Made by a program: the position numbers and the translations under genes
The notes under the pieces: model-generated
Told to the model about the DNA's origin: nothing
Databases searched by the model: none
The model's input: the letters and a program-made list of their open reading frames with translations, nothing else
Source of the DNA: Octopus bimaculoides
Lineage: Eukaryota
Direction of reading: 5' to 3'
Assembly: GCF_001194135.2 (NCBI RefSeq)
Contig: NC_069000.1
Location: 45,870,134 to 45,934,133, forward strand
Length of the DNA stretch: 64,000 nt
Shown here: positions 51,846-64,000 of the stretch, piece by piece
Layout: each line of letters starts with the position of its first letter
How positions within the stretch are numbered: position 1 is the first letter of the stretch

Positions 51846-54800
51846 TCATAAAAGGTTCTTTTCTGGTGCCTGTTGGTGAGCAATGTAGAGAAAACCAATA
51901 CTGGAGAGGGCACTCACTAGAAAGATAAATTCGAACCAGCGATGGTAAAAACTGAACTGTAATTCTCCAAGAACTTGCGTTATAATTGATCTGGAATTAA
52001 AGAAACGGAAACTAAATTATAAAAATAACCATTTCTAAATCTGACATAAAAGGGTTGGGCTACAGTTGATTATAGGTACCCCAGTACATGACTGGTATTT
52101 AATAATTTCAGACAGAGTGAAAGACAACAACTGATCCCGGTAGAATTTGAACACAGAACAGAGAGAACGAAGCAGGATTCTATTCCTCCCACTTGACTCA
52201 TCTGGCGACCCCTAATTCACAGATCTGATCACTTGACTCATCTGGCTATCCCTAATTCACAGATCTGATCACTTGACTCATCTGGCTACCCCTAATTCAC
52301 AGATCTGATCACTTGACTCATCTGGCTACCCCTAATTCACAGATCTGATCACTTTACTCATCTGGCTACCCCTAATTCACAGATCTGATCACTTTACTCA
52401 TCTGGGTACCCCTAATTCACAGAACTGATCACTCCCCCTTTACAGACTTTGTTCCTCTCACATTTCTCTTCTTGTTTCTCCCACATCCCTAAATAAGTGA
52501 CAAAAAAAAAAAAAAATCTTCTAAAATAGGCACAAAATATAAAATTTCGCAAAGTGAAGTTAACCTCAAAGCGTAAAGAGGAAAGAATAAAGTCTGCCCT
52601 TTCACATGGAACTTACCGATATTCTACTGGCATATTCATTCTCATTAGAAGCACAGAAGACACAAAATACATTCCCTAGAATGAAGCAAAACATACAACA
52701 TCATTATGAACTTATTGAGAATAGTGGTAGTCCATATATTATTTGGGCTGTCTTTATAGTTGTATAGCTTCAAAGACATTCCACCCATGACCATTTAGTT
52801 ATTTTTTTCAAAACTACTTTTATTTAGGACTACATCATCTAAGGTGTATTTTCTACATCTTTTGTACGATGTTGGGATGTGATTTGAATGAGAATTGGCT
52901 GCTATTTCTAGCAAGATTAGTAGATATTTGAGTGCTCTCTTGTTGGTTTGTACATTCTGTCATGGTAGTCAGTCTCCAAAGATATTAAGAGATTTAAAAA
53001 TCAGAAAACCATATTGATCTGGAATGGATTCTTTCATGTTGCTACAGACATGGGTGTGAGCACGCATTTGTGGTTAAGAAATCTGGTTCCCAACCAGATG
53101 GCTTCAGGTTCAATTATGTACCAGACAAGCAAGCATCTTGTACCAAATAGCAAGACTGACAAGGACTTGAGAGTGGATTTGGTAAACAGAAGCTGAACAA
53201 AAAGCCTGCTGGTGGTTGTGTGTGTGTGATAGGTATATAATGTGAGTTGAAAACTGTTGTGAGTGTATACATGTGTGGGCGTGTATCTGTATATAAAGAC
53301 AGCATGAAAATGAACTTACCATTATTTGAGCCAAACACAGGACTATTATATTGGAAGATTTACTGCTGGCAATCGCATAGAAAAACTGTACAATAGAAGC
53401 AAGAACAACAATAATAACAACAAGAATAATAATCCTTTCTACTCTAGGCACAAGGCCCCAAATTTTAGAGACAGTGTTACTCAATTACACCAACCCAAGT
53501 GCATGACTGGTATCAATTTTATCAATCCTGAAAGGATGAAAGAATGCAAAGATGGACAAATTGCCGCTAAGCATTTTGTCTGAACAATTCTGTCAGCATG
53601 GCACATTTGGAAAGGTTTCTGATGTAGGCACAAGGCTAGCAATTTTGAGGTAAAGGGTGGGGCGAATCAGTTACATCAACCCCAGTATGTGACTGGTATT
53701 TTATTTAATTGCCCTCAAAACAATGCAGAAACAAAATAGACACTAGCAGGATCTGAATTCGGAACATAAGTTGCTGGAACAAATACCCAAAGGCATTGTG
53801 GTGTGGTTAAATATACCCACAAATACAGGTACAGGTTGACAGTAAGAATTGGGAAAAGGTACTTGTGTTTGGTACATCAGAGCATTCTAGAGTCATATGT
53901 ATGTGGTACCCAAAATCCTTTGTTTGTTTAACTTTCTTTTGTGGATCCAACGCTTCTGCCAGTCCACCATCCTAACAATAATTGTAGTAATTTATTTTAT
54001 TTGTGACAAGGGGCCCAAATGCTGGGCTTACAGAAGGAGCCAAAATACAATGGTGCTGGGGTTTTACATCAAGTAAAATGGTGAAATCAAAAATAAAAAA
54101 TAATGGAAGGAAAAAAAAAAGATCCCTAAAATGAAGTCAAACAAAGGGATTTGGGGTGCTCTAAACAAAAGCTTAGATTATGACTGACACACCAAAAGAG
54201 AAGTACCTTCTCCCAATCCTTGCCTGTAGCTGTATTGTGCGGCTACATTTAGTCACATTTTATGTGTGTGTGTGTTGTGAGTAATGGCTGAACAGCATCC
54301 TAGAAAACAACCCATTTGTTTGATGAATCATCAATAATGAATTCTATTGATTAGTTGAACTGATTGAATGCGTTGATGTGAGACAGGAGAGAGAGAGAGA
54401 CAGAGAGAGAGAGAGGCTGGGCTTGAACACATTGTGACAACAACTTACCCTGGTGAGTGTGATTAGGAGTCCTCTGATGGATGTGATGATAATTATTCCA
54501 ATGAGCCAAAAGGATATTTGCTGAGACCAGAATTTTACCTGCAAACAACAACAACAACAACAACAACAACAATTACATTTGCAGTGTTAAGAATTCTATC
54601 AACCAATAATAACCATTGTCATTAGTTTTAACATCCACTCTTCCATAGATGCATGGCTTGGACAGAATTTATTGAGGCAGGTTTCCTTTAACTGGACGCC
54701 CTTCCTATTGCTGACCTCACCAAGTTTGCAAGCAAGGTTAATATTTCCATATTGCCAGATGGTTTCACAGAAGACTAGAAACAATGGATGCTGCTTAAAT

Positions 54801-57800
54801 GATGCTCGTTTATAACCATCACGCAAGGTCACAGCAAGGAGACACAACACACACACACACATAGACATCATCATCATCATCATTGTCGTCATCGTTTAAT
54901 GTTCTCCTTCCATGCTGGCATGGGTTGGACGGATTGACAGGTAGTGGCCAGGCAGAAGCCTGCACCATACTTCTGTCTGATTTGGCATGGTTTCTATGGC
55001 TGGATGCCTTTCCCGACACCAACCACTCTGAAGAGTGGCTGAGTGCTTTTTTTTATGTGGCACCAGCACACACGATGTCAGTTTTGGCAGGGTTTTTACG
55101 GCTATGACTATATTCTCTTTAGAACAAATTTTGTTATAATCTAAATTGATTTATCAAAATTTGGGTGGGAGGTTAGAAGGTAGGAGAAGAAACAGAAAAA
55201 AAAGAAATAAACACAATTAGGCAAAATAACCAAAACAAATAAAAATGTTTTAATTTAAAACGAACAGGATTTGAGTTTTAAGTGATGGGAAAATATTTTA
55301 TACTACTACAATATTATTTCCCTTGGATCCTATAAAAAGTGAAATTTATTCTAATGTCGTTTAAGTAAAGAATTAAAAACAAACTAAACTATAAATTTTA
55401 TTGTGTCTTGGAAGAGTTATTCTCCTTTAGAGCCTTATTATTTAACACACACCCCGGTTTGATTTCCACCCATTTATTTGTTTTTTCTAAAAATTTTCGT
55501 TGCATCTGGCAACTTATTCAATAAACTAAAAACGTTTTCTCATAATTTCACTTGAGACTTAACTCCACTAAATTCTGGATTTATCCAGCAAAATTCTTAC
55601 AGAAAGTTGTATAGGATTAGGATTGAGGGAACTTCTGTCTGTTGGGCTCTCAAATGATGGATAGGCTTCTACCAATAGGGTTTAGCAGTGAACACAGAAA
55701 GTTGACTTTAACAGTGTCGGAACTTATAGAGTATAGGGAGTTAGAAAAAATACAAGAAGGCAACCTATATTATGCGCTAATGTCTTTGCCCATTCAGCAT
55801 CTTGTGAATAAATTATGTGATGTTGATTAGCTAGTTTGTGAGTGAGAAAGAGTAGGGAGGGGGTAGTTATATTTTAGGTCACAACAACAACTATACTCAC
55901 ATCAAATTGTATTCCAAGATAGTTGACTGCAATCTCTGTTCCTCGAGTGACTGGGTCAACTTTACCCACTCGATCAAAAATGATGTTGATGGCCGACTAA
56001 ATAAGAGAGGAACAATAAAAGGATTAACAAGGGAGCCCCAAACATGGATATTCTATTGACTTCAGCAATAACCATAGCAACAATGTGTGTGTGTGAGAGA
56101 GTCAGGGAGAGTGGTGATTTATACATGGTACATCACCTTTTTACAAATCTTTCAAAAAGAATGTATAAATCACAAGATGAGTGTATAAATTAAAATATCA
56201 TCATTGTTTAAATGTTCATTTTTTTCCATGCTGGCATTGGCTGGATGGTTCCACAGAATACGACAAACCAGTCTTGGCTGGGTGAAGTTCAGGGAATATG
56301 TATGTATACATGCATATATTGATATATATATATATATATATATATATANNNNNNNNNNNNNNNNNNNNNNNNNNNNNNNNNNNNNNNNNNNNNNNNNNNN
56401 NNNNNNNNNNNNNNNNNNNNNNNNNNNNNNNNNNNNNNNNNNNNNNNNNNNNNNNNNNNNNNNNNNNNNNNNNNNNNNNNNNNNNNNNNNNNNNNNNNNN
56501 NNNNNNNNNNNNNNNNNNNNNNNNNNNNNNNNNNNNNNNNNNNNNNNNNNNNNNNNNNNNNNNNNNNNNNAAATTTTCCAAACACAATAAATTGAGAAAA
56601 AATAACCAAGAAAATTGAAGTATTTTCCTTTCAGAGTTTTGGATTCTTCGATTCTTTCCTGAAAAATATTACAAAGAAAATATACGGATTTTAAAAGACA
56701 AAAAGACTACAGATTTTATCTTTTCTATCACCACCACCAACATCCTCACCATTACAATTATTGTCCTCACCACCACTGCTTTCATCATCATCTCTGCTGT
56801 TGCTGCTATCAATGTCGTCTTCAGAAAAACCCAACATCTCTCTTATTGACAATAATTATAATTTGATAGAATCAATAGCAAGACATTAGGAACCATAGTC
56901 TGCCAGAAAACCAGGACTGGATGGAAGTGGTAGGAACCCTTTCATGGTGCCTCCAAATCAACTCTGCTGACCAACTCAGCAGTCGTCTCTAAGCACAAGG
57001 CTACCAATAACTGCCATTGTATAACTGGCAATTCAATTATACACAGAAGACTATAAATTACCACAGGGAATAACTGGTATTTATGTTATAGACACCACTG
57101 GGAACAACAATAAAAACAAGATAAAAATGGAGAATTTTAAATGAGAAACTGAAATCCTACCTGAGTGTTGTGTAAATCAACTGATTCCAGAAACAGCTGT
57201 CGACTAAGTTCTTCGAGGGCGTAAGTCTCATTTCTCAACTGTGATACATCTGACACATCGTTAAAGATCATCATCATCATCATCAACAACATTGTAAGCA
57301 TGATTCAACAGGTCACATGACACTTCACAAGAGACAATCGTTCATCCGTTTGTTTATTTAACAAACTGTTTCTCCATGCTAGCATGGGTTAGATGGGAAT
57401 TGATTTTGAGACAAGATTTTATGGCTGAATGCTCTTCTAGTCATCAGCCCTTAGCAGTACTTGTCTAATGATAACTCTTGGATGGAGGTAAAATATGATA
57501 TTTATTGAAGCAATGGTTCTGCAAAGGGAGATAAATTTGATGTAATGGTTTATAATTTAGGCCAGTGATTCTTAACTGTGGCTTTCAGGGCCTTATGTGG
57601 CCCTCAAGCATTCTTCCAGTGCCCCCACCCCACCCCGATGCTCTTCCCTATATAGACAGAAACTTTTCTTTAATTGACCTGTGTTTTCCTTTTTCAGGTG
57701 AGGATCCCTGAAAAGTCCAGGCTTTGAATCTGACCAGAGTATTAAAAAGTTTGAGAAGTACTGACTTAGAGACAAGGTCAGCATTCTGAAGAGAAGGGTT

Positions 57801-60800
57801 TAATCCATGCCATTCACATCAGTACTTGACTGCTACTATACTTTATGAACCCCAAGGAGAATGAGATGTAAAGTTGTCCTCAGCAGGATTTGAAACCGGG
57901 ATAAAATACAGCAAGGTATTTTGTCCAATGCTGTAATGTGTCTACCACTCCACCAGCCTGACAAATTGACAAAAGAAGAAGAATCATTTTTGATAAAAGG
58001 ATACTTTCAGTGGTAGCTTTAGATGTAGTGGCACGGAACATTCCAAACAAACCTCTTTGATTCTTGTTCAAAGCAGCTTGTCGGAGGTTATCTCTGTGGG
58101 CCAACGCAATCCTAGGAGAGACCGAGAGAAACAGTTATAATACATATTAGCTTTACAGATATTTTAAGACTATTTATTTGCGTATAAAAAGGTGAGGGTT
58201 TTGGAGGAGTAACAAAGACTGAGAGCCTGTAGTCATATAGATTACCAGTTATTTAGCAGATATCATTCCGAGATACCGAGGGCAACATTGAAATAATGAC
58301 CTGTTAGGTCCAGGAATTCTATGTGTGCACATGTGCATAGAAGGGGTTTTGAAGATTTCTAGAATTTACAGCTCCAAGTTATCTACACTCTTCTGTTGGC
58401 ACCAGTTCCCTATTTCTCTGAGTTTGGTTTGATATTGGGGTCTGAATTTGTGATAACAAATTTTCCATGTTTTGATTGTAGGTCATATTCATGTGATGCC
58501 CAAACCATTCACTTTCTGTCAATGAATCAGCTGATTCCATCGTGGTCGTCATCAAACCAATACTTAGTCCTGCTTTTTGGTGAAATCAGTGAGACTTACG
58601 GCTGTCTCAGTGACTGGGTTTCTCAATAACTGCAGCTGAATGTACAACCACCATCATGAGAATCTGGAAATGCTATGAACAAGATGAAACCAAGAAGAGC
58701 ACAAATTCCAGATAGACAAAGAGGTCTTTGTACTTCCTATTCAATGTAGTGCAATGGGTACAGGACATCACACACACATGCACACAGGGTTATTCAAACT
58801 GAATGAACCGATTTCATTACGCAATATTTTAATAAGGAAAAGTAATAAATAGAGAACTCCAGTTAAGTCACAAGTATTTACTCACAATTAACTTTTATTT
58901 CCTGTCCTACAAGTGTTCAATGTGGCCACCACCTGCAGCATGGGCATGCCGATGGCATGTAAAAAGCACCATTCGAACATAGTTGATGTCAGCCCCACCC
59001 CACCCTGATTGGCTCCTGTGCCAGTGGCACGTAAAAAGCACCATCCAAACATGGCCGATGCCAGTGCTGTCAGACTGCCAGTGGTTGGTGTTAGGAAGGG
59101 CATCCAGCTGTAGAAACTTTGCCAGATCAAATCAGAGCCTGGTGCAGTCGCTGGCTTTCCAGACCTCAGTCAAACAGTCCAACCCATGCCAGCAGGGAAA
59201 ACGGATGTTAAACGATGATGACGATGATGATGATGTGTTATGAAAGCTGGCATGGTAAAAAAGGCTGCCTTACCGTTTTTTCTTCATCACAATCATGTCC
59301 ATGGTTTGGATGAGTCTTTTCTCAATACTCTGTATGTCCGAATCTGTTATGTGCCTATTTGAGAGACGAGCAGGGTTAATAACAAGGTTAGCAATGTACA
59401 TGACAATAGTAGGGCTAATTAGGGAATTAGGTGGAGCTGACTGTAGGATCAACAGCAGATAATATTCCAGCCAACAGCAGAGTTATCAGATAAACTAACA
59501 GCAACCGCTTCCATATATATGTTGTCTGTCTCTGGTGGAGAAATGAGGTCGTTTGAACAGTTGACAAACACACACATACATGTTTAACCCTTCAGCAATA
59601 GTTGATAATTTCCTTAAAAAAGAAATATGATTTTATTTCCCCTAAAAAGGGATATACTTAAATTCTTTCCCTTCCTTAAACTAGATCTTCTAACGTAATT
59701 TCATCTCTTGAATGAAGGACATACAACCATCATTTTTAATATATCATGGAAGATATCTCTCATGTCCAGCTTTCTCTGTCTGTTGTTATGGCGAGAGTTG
59801 TGCACGTCAGGTATAAGAATAGAATTACCCAAATAAATATTTGGATATGGTTATCTAGAATAGCCTTTCACAGAATTAATATGTTCACACAGAACAAACT
59901 CTGTACTACTCAAAAAATAATTAAGATAACCAATATGGACAACCAGCGCTGTCAACAGACAGTCCACACAGTTTATTTTAATAAAATGGGTTAGTCCACT
60001 TTCGGTCACAGGGGGGGGGGCGTCAGGATCCTTCCACAACATCTATTATCAGCACAGCTATGATGCATTGCTCATGGATGCTGGTTTTATTCATCCAACT
60101 AAGAAGCTGGTTTTGTTTCTTATGAGCCATAGCCTGTATCCTCTATATTCAACAGTCATGTTTTATTATCAATGTACACACACACACACACACACACACT
60201 GGTGTGAAATGATGGTGCTTCTGCTGTCATAAAGGAAAGACTGACATTTTAAATTTCTTAATTGAAACTATATTTTCTAATGTTTCTCAGAGTAATAACA
60301 AATGACAAGAGAGAGAGAGGGAAAAAAGAGAGAGAGAAGTGTAGTGGGGGGGGGAGGTGTTCACCAGCAGATATTTCAGATGTGTACTTACCTGACAAAG
60401 TAAGACATGTACGTGTAGGGGCAGTTGACAGCACCAAACCCTGACAAAAGGGCCATTATGGTCACACCAATGACACCAACCCGTCCGATACACTGCTCTA
60501 TGGAGAAGATTCCTGTCGGAGAAGAAAAGGACAGAAAGAGACATTAAGGAGAGGAGAGGTGAGAGGGTTCATTGTTGCTTTTATTCTTTTCCTTGTTTCA
60601 GACATTCGACAGTGGCCATGCTGGGGCACTGCCTTTAAGGATCTTAGTCAAACGAATCAATCCCAAAACTTATTCCTTTTAAACTTTGTACTTATTCTGT
60701 AAGTCTCTTTTGCAGAGCTGCTAGTTATGGGGGTATAAATAAACCAACACCGGTTGTCAAGCAGTGGAGGGGTGGGGACAAACACAGACTCAAAGACACA

Positions 60801-63783
60801 CACACACACACATACGAGCGTATGAAGGGCTTCTTTCAGTTTCCGTCTACCAAATCCACTCAAAGTTTTGGTCAGCTTGAGACTATAGTAGAAGACACTT
60901 GCCCAAGGTGCCATGCTGTGGGACTGAACTCAGAATGATGTGGTTGGGAAGCAAACTTTTTAATCACACAGTCATGCTAGCATCTGTTGATTAGTTATTA
61001 ATGAAGAGCACAACTTATTGGACAGTTGTCTGTTTTGGCATGGTTTCTACAACTGGATGCCCTACTGCCTTTTATTACCAGAGAGGGGAAAGTGTTTATG
61101 TGGTTGATCAAACTACTAGAAATAACAGCCCAATATCTCACCACCATAACATCAGTAGAAAAGGAAAGGCCATGTTTGAAATAGGGTGGCCATAGTTAGA
61201 TTGTCTTTGATCATAGGTCTGTCTAATCAGGGCTGACCTGGGGCTTATACAAGAACAACATTCAAACAGAAATTTTTCTACAATACTAAAACAAGAAATA
61301 TCTAGAATCTAGGAATATCTGAGAATAAAAAGGAAGGAACCAATCAATCTAGGTCGTCCCCCAGGATGCCCCAATAAGTCTGATTCCTCTGTTCTCGCCA
61401 TCAGTTACTTCTTTTCCAGTTGGATTTAAAGAAGTACCTTCATCAGTCATTATGCGACTTGCTTGAACATCCAGAATGTCTGAGGAGTCAGGGGCTCTAA
61501 CCCTGGTGCTGCATGGATTCATAGGGGTTTTGGTTGTGCATACTATAGGAGTCACAGGATGCTGCTCCATGTGGTCCCGCAGTTTCCGTCTAACTTGGAA
61601 TATTAGGGTCTCATCTATTGTCTTGTATTCAAGATTCTCTGCATGACCTCCTGTTAGTTCAAAGCCACGAATCTAATCTGTTAGGTCCTGCTGATAACTA
61701 AATCCACGCCCTGCTGCCGACACTTCGATTTATTGTCTAATGGTTAAGGTTTTGTCTGTCTCTTACCCTTCGACCTGCCTGGAAAATAAAAATTAAAAAA
61801 AAAAAAACAAACAAACAAAACTCACCATGTTTAGGGCTAAGAATAGGAAATGGATCTCCAATTTTCCAGAAGAAATAGAGAAATATCCACCACGTCACTC
61901 CTGTTAAGATCATCTGTACATGTTTCTTCTGAGGAACTGGCAGGAAGAGGAACGAAGGAAAAAAAGACATGGTAAAGAATACAAGTGGAACTTCTAGTCA
62001 CAGGAGATATAGAATAGCAATAGAGAAATCATCATCACCAGCATCATCATCATTGTTTAGGCAGATATTTCTACGGTTGGGTGCTTTTCCTGTCATCGAC
62101 CCACACATCTTTGCAAGTAAAGTAATATTCCTCAATGGCCAAACATGTTTCCACAGAGGATTGGAAATGAAGGCAACCACTTGCAGGATAATGACATTTG
62201 TTTAACAACTCTCACACTTTGACAAGATAAGGAGATGGCAACACACACATTCTAAAGGCTTCTTTCAGTTTTCTGTCTAACAAATCTACTCTCACTGGGT
62301 TACAGAAGACCCTTGGGCAAAATACCATGTAGTGGGACTGAATCTAAAACCCTAACCCTAACTCCTCAACCAAGCAGACTAGGGTCCCATTCAGGGGACA
62401 GACTTTTATTATTACTTAACTGTCATGAAAACTGGGATTAGTTCCAGCCTGATAAGTTCAAGATGAACTTTTAACATTTTGTGGCTGTGTGGTAAAAAGC
62501 TTGCTTCCCAATCACATGGTTTTGAGTTCAATCCCACTGCGTGGCAACTTGGGCAATTGTCTTCTACTATAACCTCGGTTGTGAACCCTTTTTTGCCTAC
62601 GGACCCCTTGGATTCCTATTTTACTCGGGTGGATCCCCATAGCCATTCCATGTTTAAAAAATCCATTTATATTTTTAGAATGAGATACTAGGAGCTGTTA
62701 AAATATTTGGCTTATTGTATAAGCATAACCAATTCATTGCACATGAATTTTAACAACAAAATCTCCTGGGTTTGTGGACCCAGTTGAGGGTCACTAATCT
62801 AGTTTAACATCATCACTTGGCACTGTGGGTATCTTTAGTTGTGTCTATTCCGTTGTAAGTGTACAAGCCAGATCTCTGATTTGAGGATATTTTCTCCTTT
62901 CCCTTTCACCTATTCTAGGACCAGGAGTATGCCTTTCCCTTCTGACTGAAAGATTCAAAAAAAGAAACCAACACAAAACGTGTACATCGAATTGTGTATG
63001 CGTGAGTGTGTGTGTGTTTATAGATAAATGAAGAACGGGACTATACATACCTAATCGTATCGTACTGACAACATAGTAAGCTATGTGCATGGGGAGGACA
63101 GCAATGAGGACAAATAAAATTGCATAAAGGCCCAGCTTCCAATGGAAATATCTGGAACTGTGTGAAATCAGAAATAATATACTATTAGACAATTGTACAG
63201 ACTAGGAGTGCAAACAGAACATACATAACTATATATAAGCATCACCACAGATTAACATCTGTCTTTCAAGATGGCAAGAATTGGACAATTCAAGAGGATC
63301 TGACAAGTTAAAGGACTGTGTTGAGCTCCAATGTTTTTTTTTTTGCCATGGCTGAATGTTCTTTCTAATGCCAGTCACTTTATTGAGTGCACCAAGTGCT
63401 TTTTTGCTGTGGCAACAGCACTAGTAAAGTCACCGAGTAACTCGTAAGATAAGCCAAGTGTTGAGAGGCTAAAGTGTGAGAGAGGGACAGAGCCAAGTGT
63501 CTTGCTGAAGAGAGATCCATGGCTCTCGCAGCTGGAAAAAGGAGCAAAGACAGTGGTGAAGAGTTCTTAGAGTGTCTTCTCAACTTACAGGATGATGAAC
63601 AAAGAGAAGAGAAATGGTGAAGAGGATTAGGTGGACAGACAGGTTTTTATATGAAGTACAAGTTGAAGAAAATACTAACCTTGCATCTAAAACTCCAAGT
63701 ATTTCGAAAATAATTAATTCAAACATTGTACAGCATAAAGAAAATGTAATGGAGAAGACCAAAAGGATGGCTGACCGATGAAC
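51846..63783 (-). CDS. GPR89: Golgi pH regulator (GPR89/GPHR), 5'-partial, 13 coding exons
   Basis: Minus-strand exons: 63783-63680, 63157-63051, 61936-61826, 60512-60392, 59354-59274, 58111-58005, 57249-57161, 56658-(56571, clipped by gap), 55996-55901, 54538-54449, 53385-53320, 52675-52617, 51990-51846 (TGA). Diagnostic peptides: [92 protein letters not shown]. All visible splice sites are canonical GT-AG. Confidence 0.95.
52191..52430. repeat. Tandem repeat, 6 x 40 bp
   Basis: Unit ACTTGACTCATCTGGCTACCCCTAATTCACAGATCTGATC, with 0-3 differences per copy and no spacers. Confidence 0.95.
57563..57762. mobile_element. hAT-like MITE
   Basis: CAGTGATTCTTAAC ... GTTTGAGAAGTACTG termini. Similar ends near 4540-4610, 33200-33512 and 62580-62800. 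Confidence 0.45.
58250..58620 (-). mobile_element. Decayed RTE-clade LINE ORF2 fragment
   Basis: [17 protein letters not shown] followed, after a frameshift, by [13 protein letters not shown]. This resembles the WFD..I..LI..K and LREMKN.WW..K segment between endonuclease and RT in RTE elements. Confidence 0.55.
58935..59235 (+). mobile_element. SINE family B with (GAT)n tail
   Basis: Shared body GGTTGGCGTTAGGAAGGGCATCCAGCTGTAGAAAC...CCAACCCATGCCAGCATGG...GTTAAACGATGATGAT. Copies near 5310-5470, 8960-9150, 12765-12895, 14455-14645, 38340-38610, 42540-42680, 44205-44345, 45490-45685, 50040-50180, 50395-50670, 54600-55110, 61025-61200 and 62035-62200. Confidence 0.8.
61350..61730 (-). mobile_element. 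Probable LINE 5'/ORF1 fragment
   Basis: Island of higher GC in a GPR89 intron with an open frame [16 protein letters not shown]...GASWGTT and no splice support. The assignment rests on recalled similarity only. Confidence 0.3.
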
Positions 63784-64000
63784 CTGGCAAAAGACACACA
63801 AAAAAAGACATAGCAGTGTGGGTTAGAAGGGTTTAGAAATAGCATTAACGTCTGACTTGAACCTACAGACTCATTAGGATGGAGTTTAACTCAATTTCTG
63901 AGGCATTGAAGTGACTCAGAGTACAAAACTTGCCCCCTTGAGTGGGACAGAAGTTCATCACAAAGAGAACCCCCAGTTGCAACTGGTACTCATTGGTCAT

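Noticed and set aside
52191-52430. CRISPR-like appearance of the 40-bp array (and the 45-bp array at 35421)
   Set aside because: Units are contiguous without unique spacers, there are no cas genes, and the context is a eukaryotic intron.
62347-62362. (CCCTAA)2 telomere-like motif
   Set aside because: Only about 2.5 units; expected by chance.
63505-63530. CTGAAGA-GAGA...TCTC hairpin resembling half a hammerhead (similar cases at 4313, 25811 and 28086 on -)
   Set aside because: No GAAA follows the stem and no helix I or III forms.

Overview
AT-rich, microsatellite-dense animal genomic DNA with six assembly gaps. The repeat landscape looks cephalopod, probably Octopus (inference from recalled repeat families). 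Two convergent multi-exon genes are present. On the + strand, an ABCG1/ABCG4-type half transporter has 12 coding exons (26313-39002); its N-terminal exon(s) were not found. On the - strand, GPR89/Golgi pH regulator has 13 coding exons (63783-51846); its first exons lie beyond the window and one exon is clipped by an N-gap. The rest is tRNA-derived SINEs, MITEs (pogo/Tigger-, Tc1-, piggyBac- and hAT-like), LINE and transposase relics, a probable solo LTR, and several minisatellites. The most interesting signal is structural RNA. Several hammerhead ribozyme motifs occur: a complete type I fold at 10644-10702, a minimal one in an ABCG intron, and a decayed one. A 449-bp foldback element (40973-41421) consists of two head-to-head tRNA-like SINE units, each ending in a hammerhead. 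There are also three long hairpins (3887-3970, 4050-4248, 28079-28151). All folds and alignments were done by eye; no database search was run.
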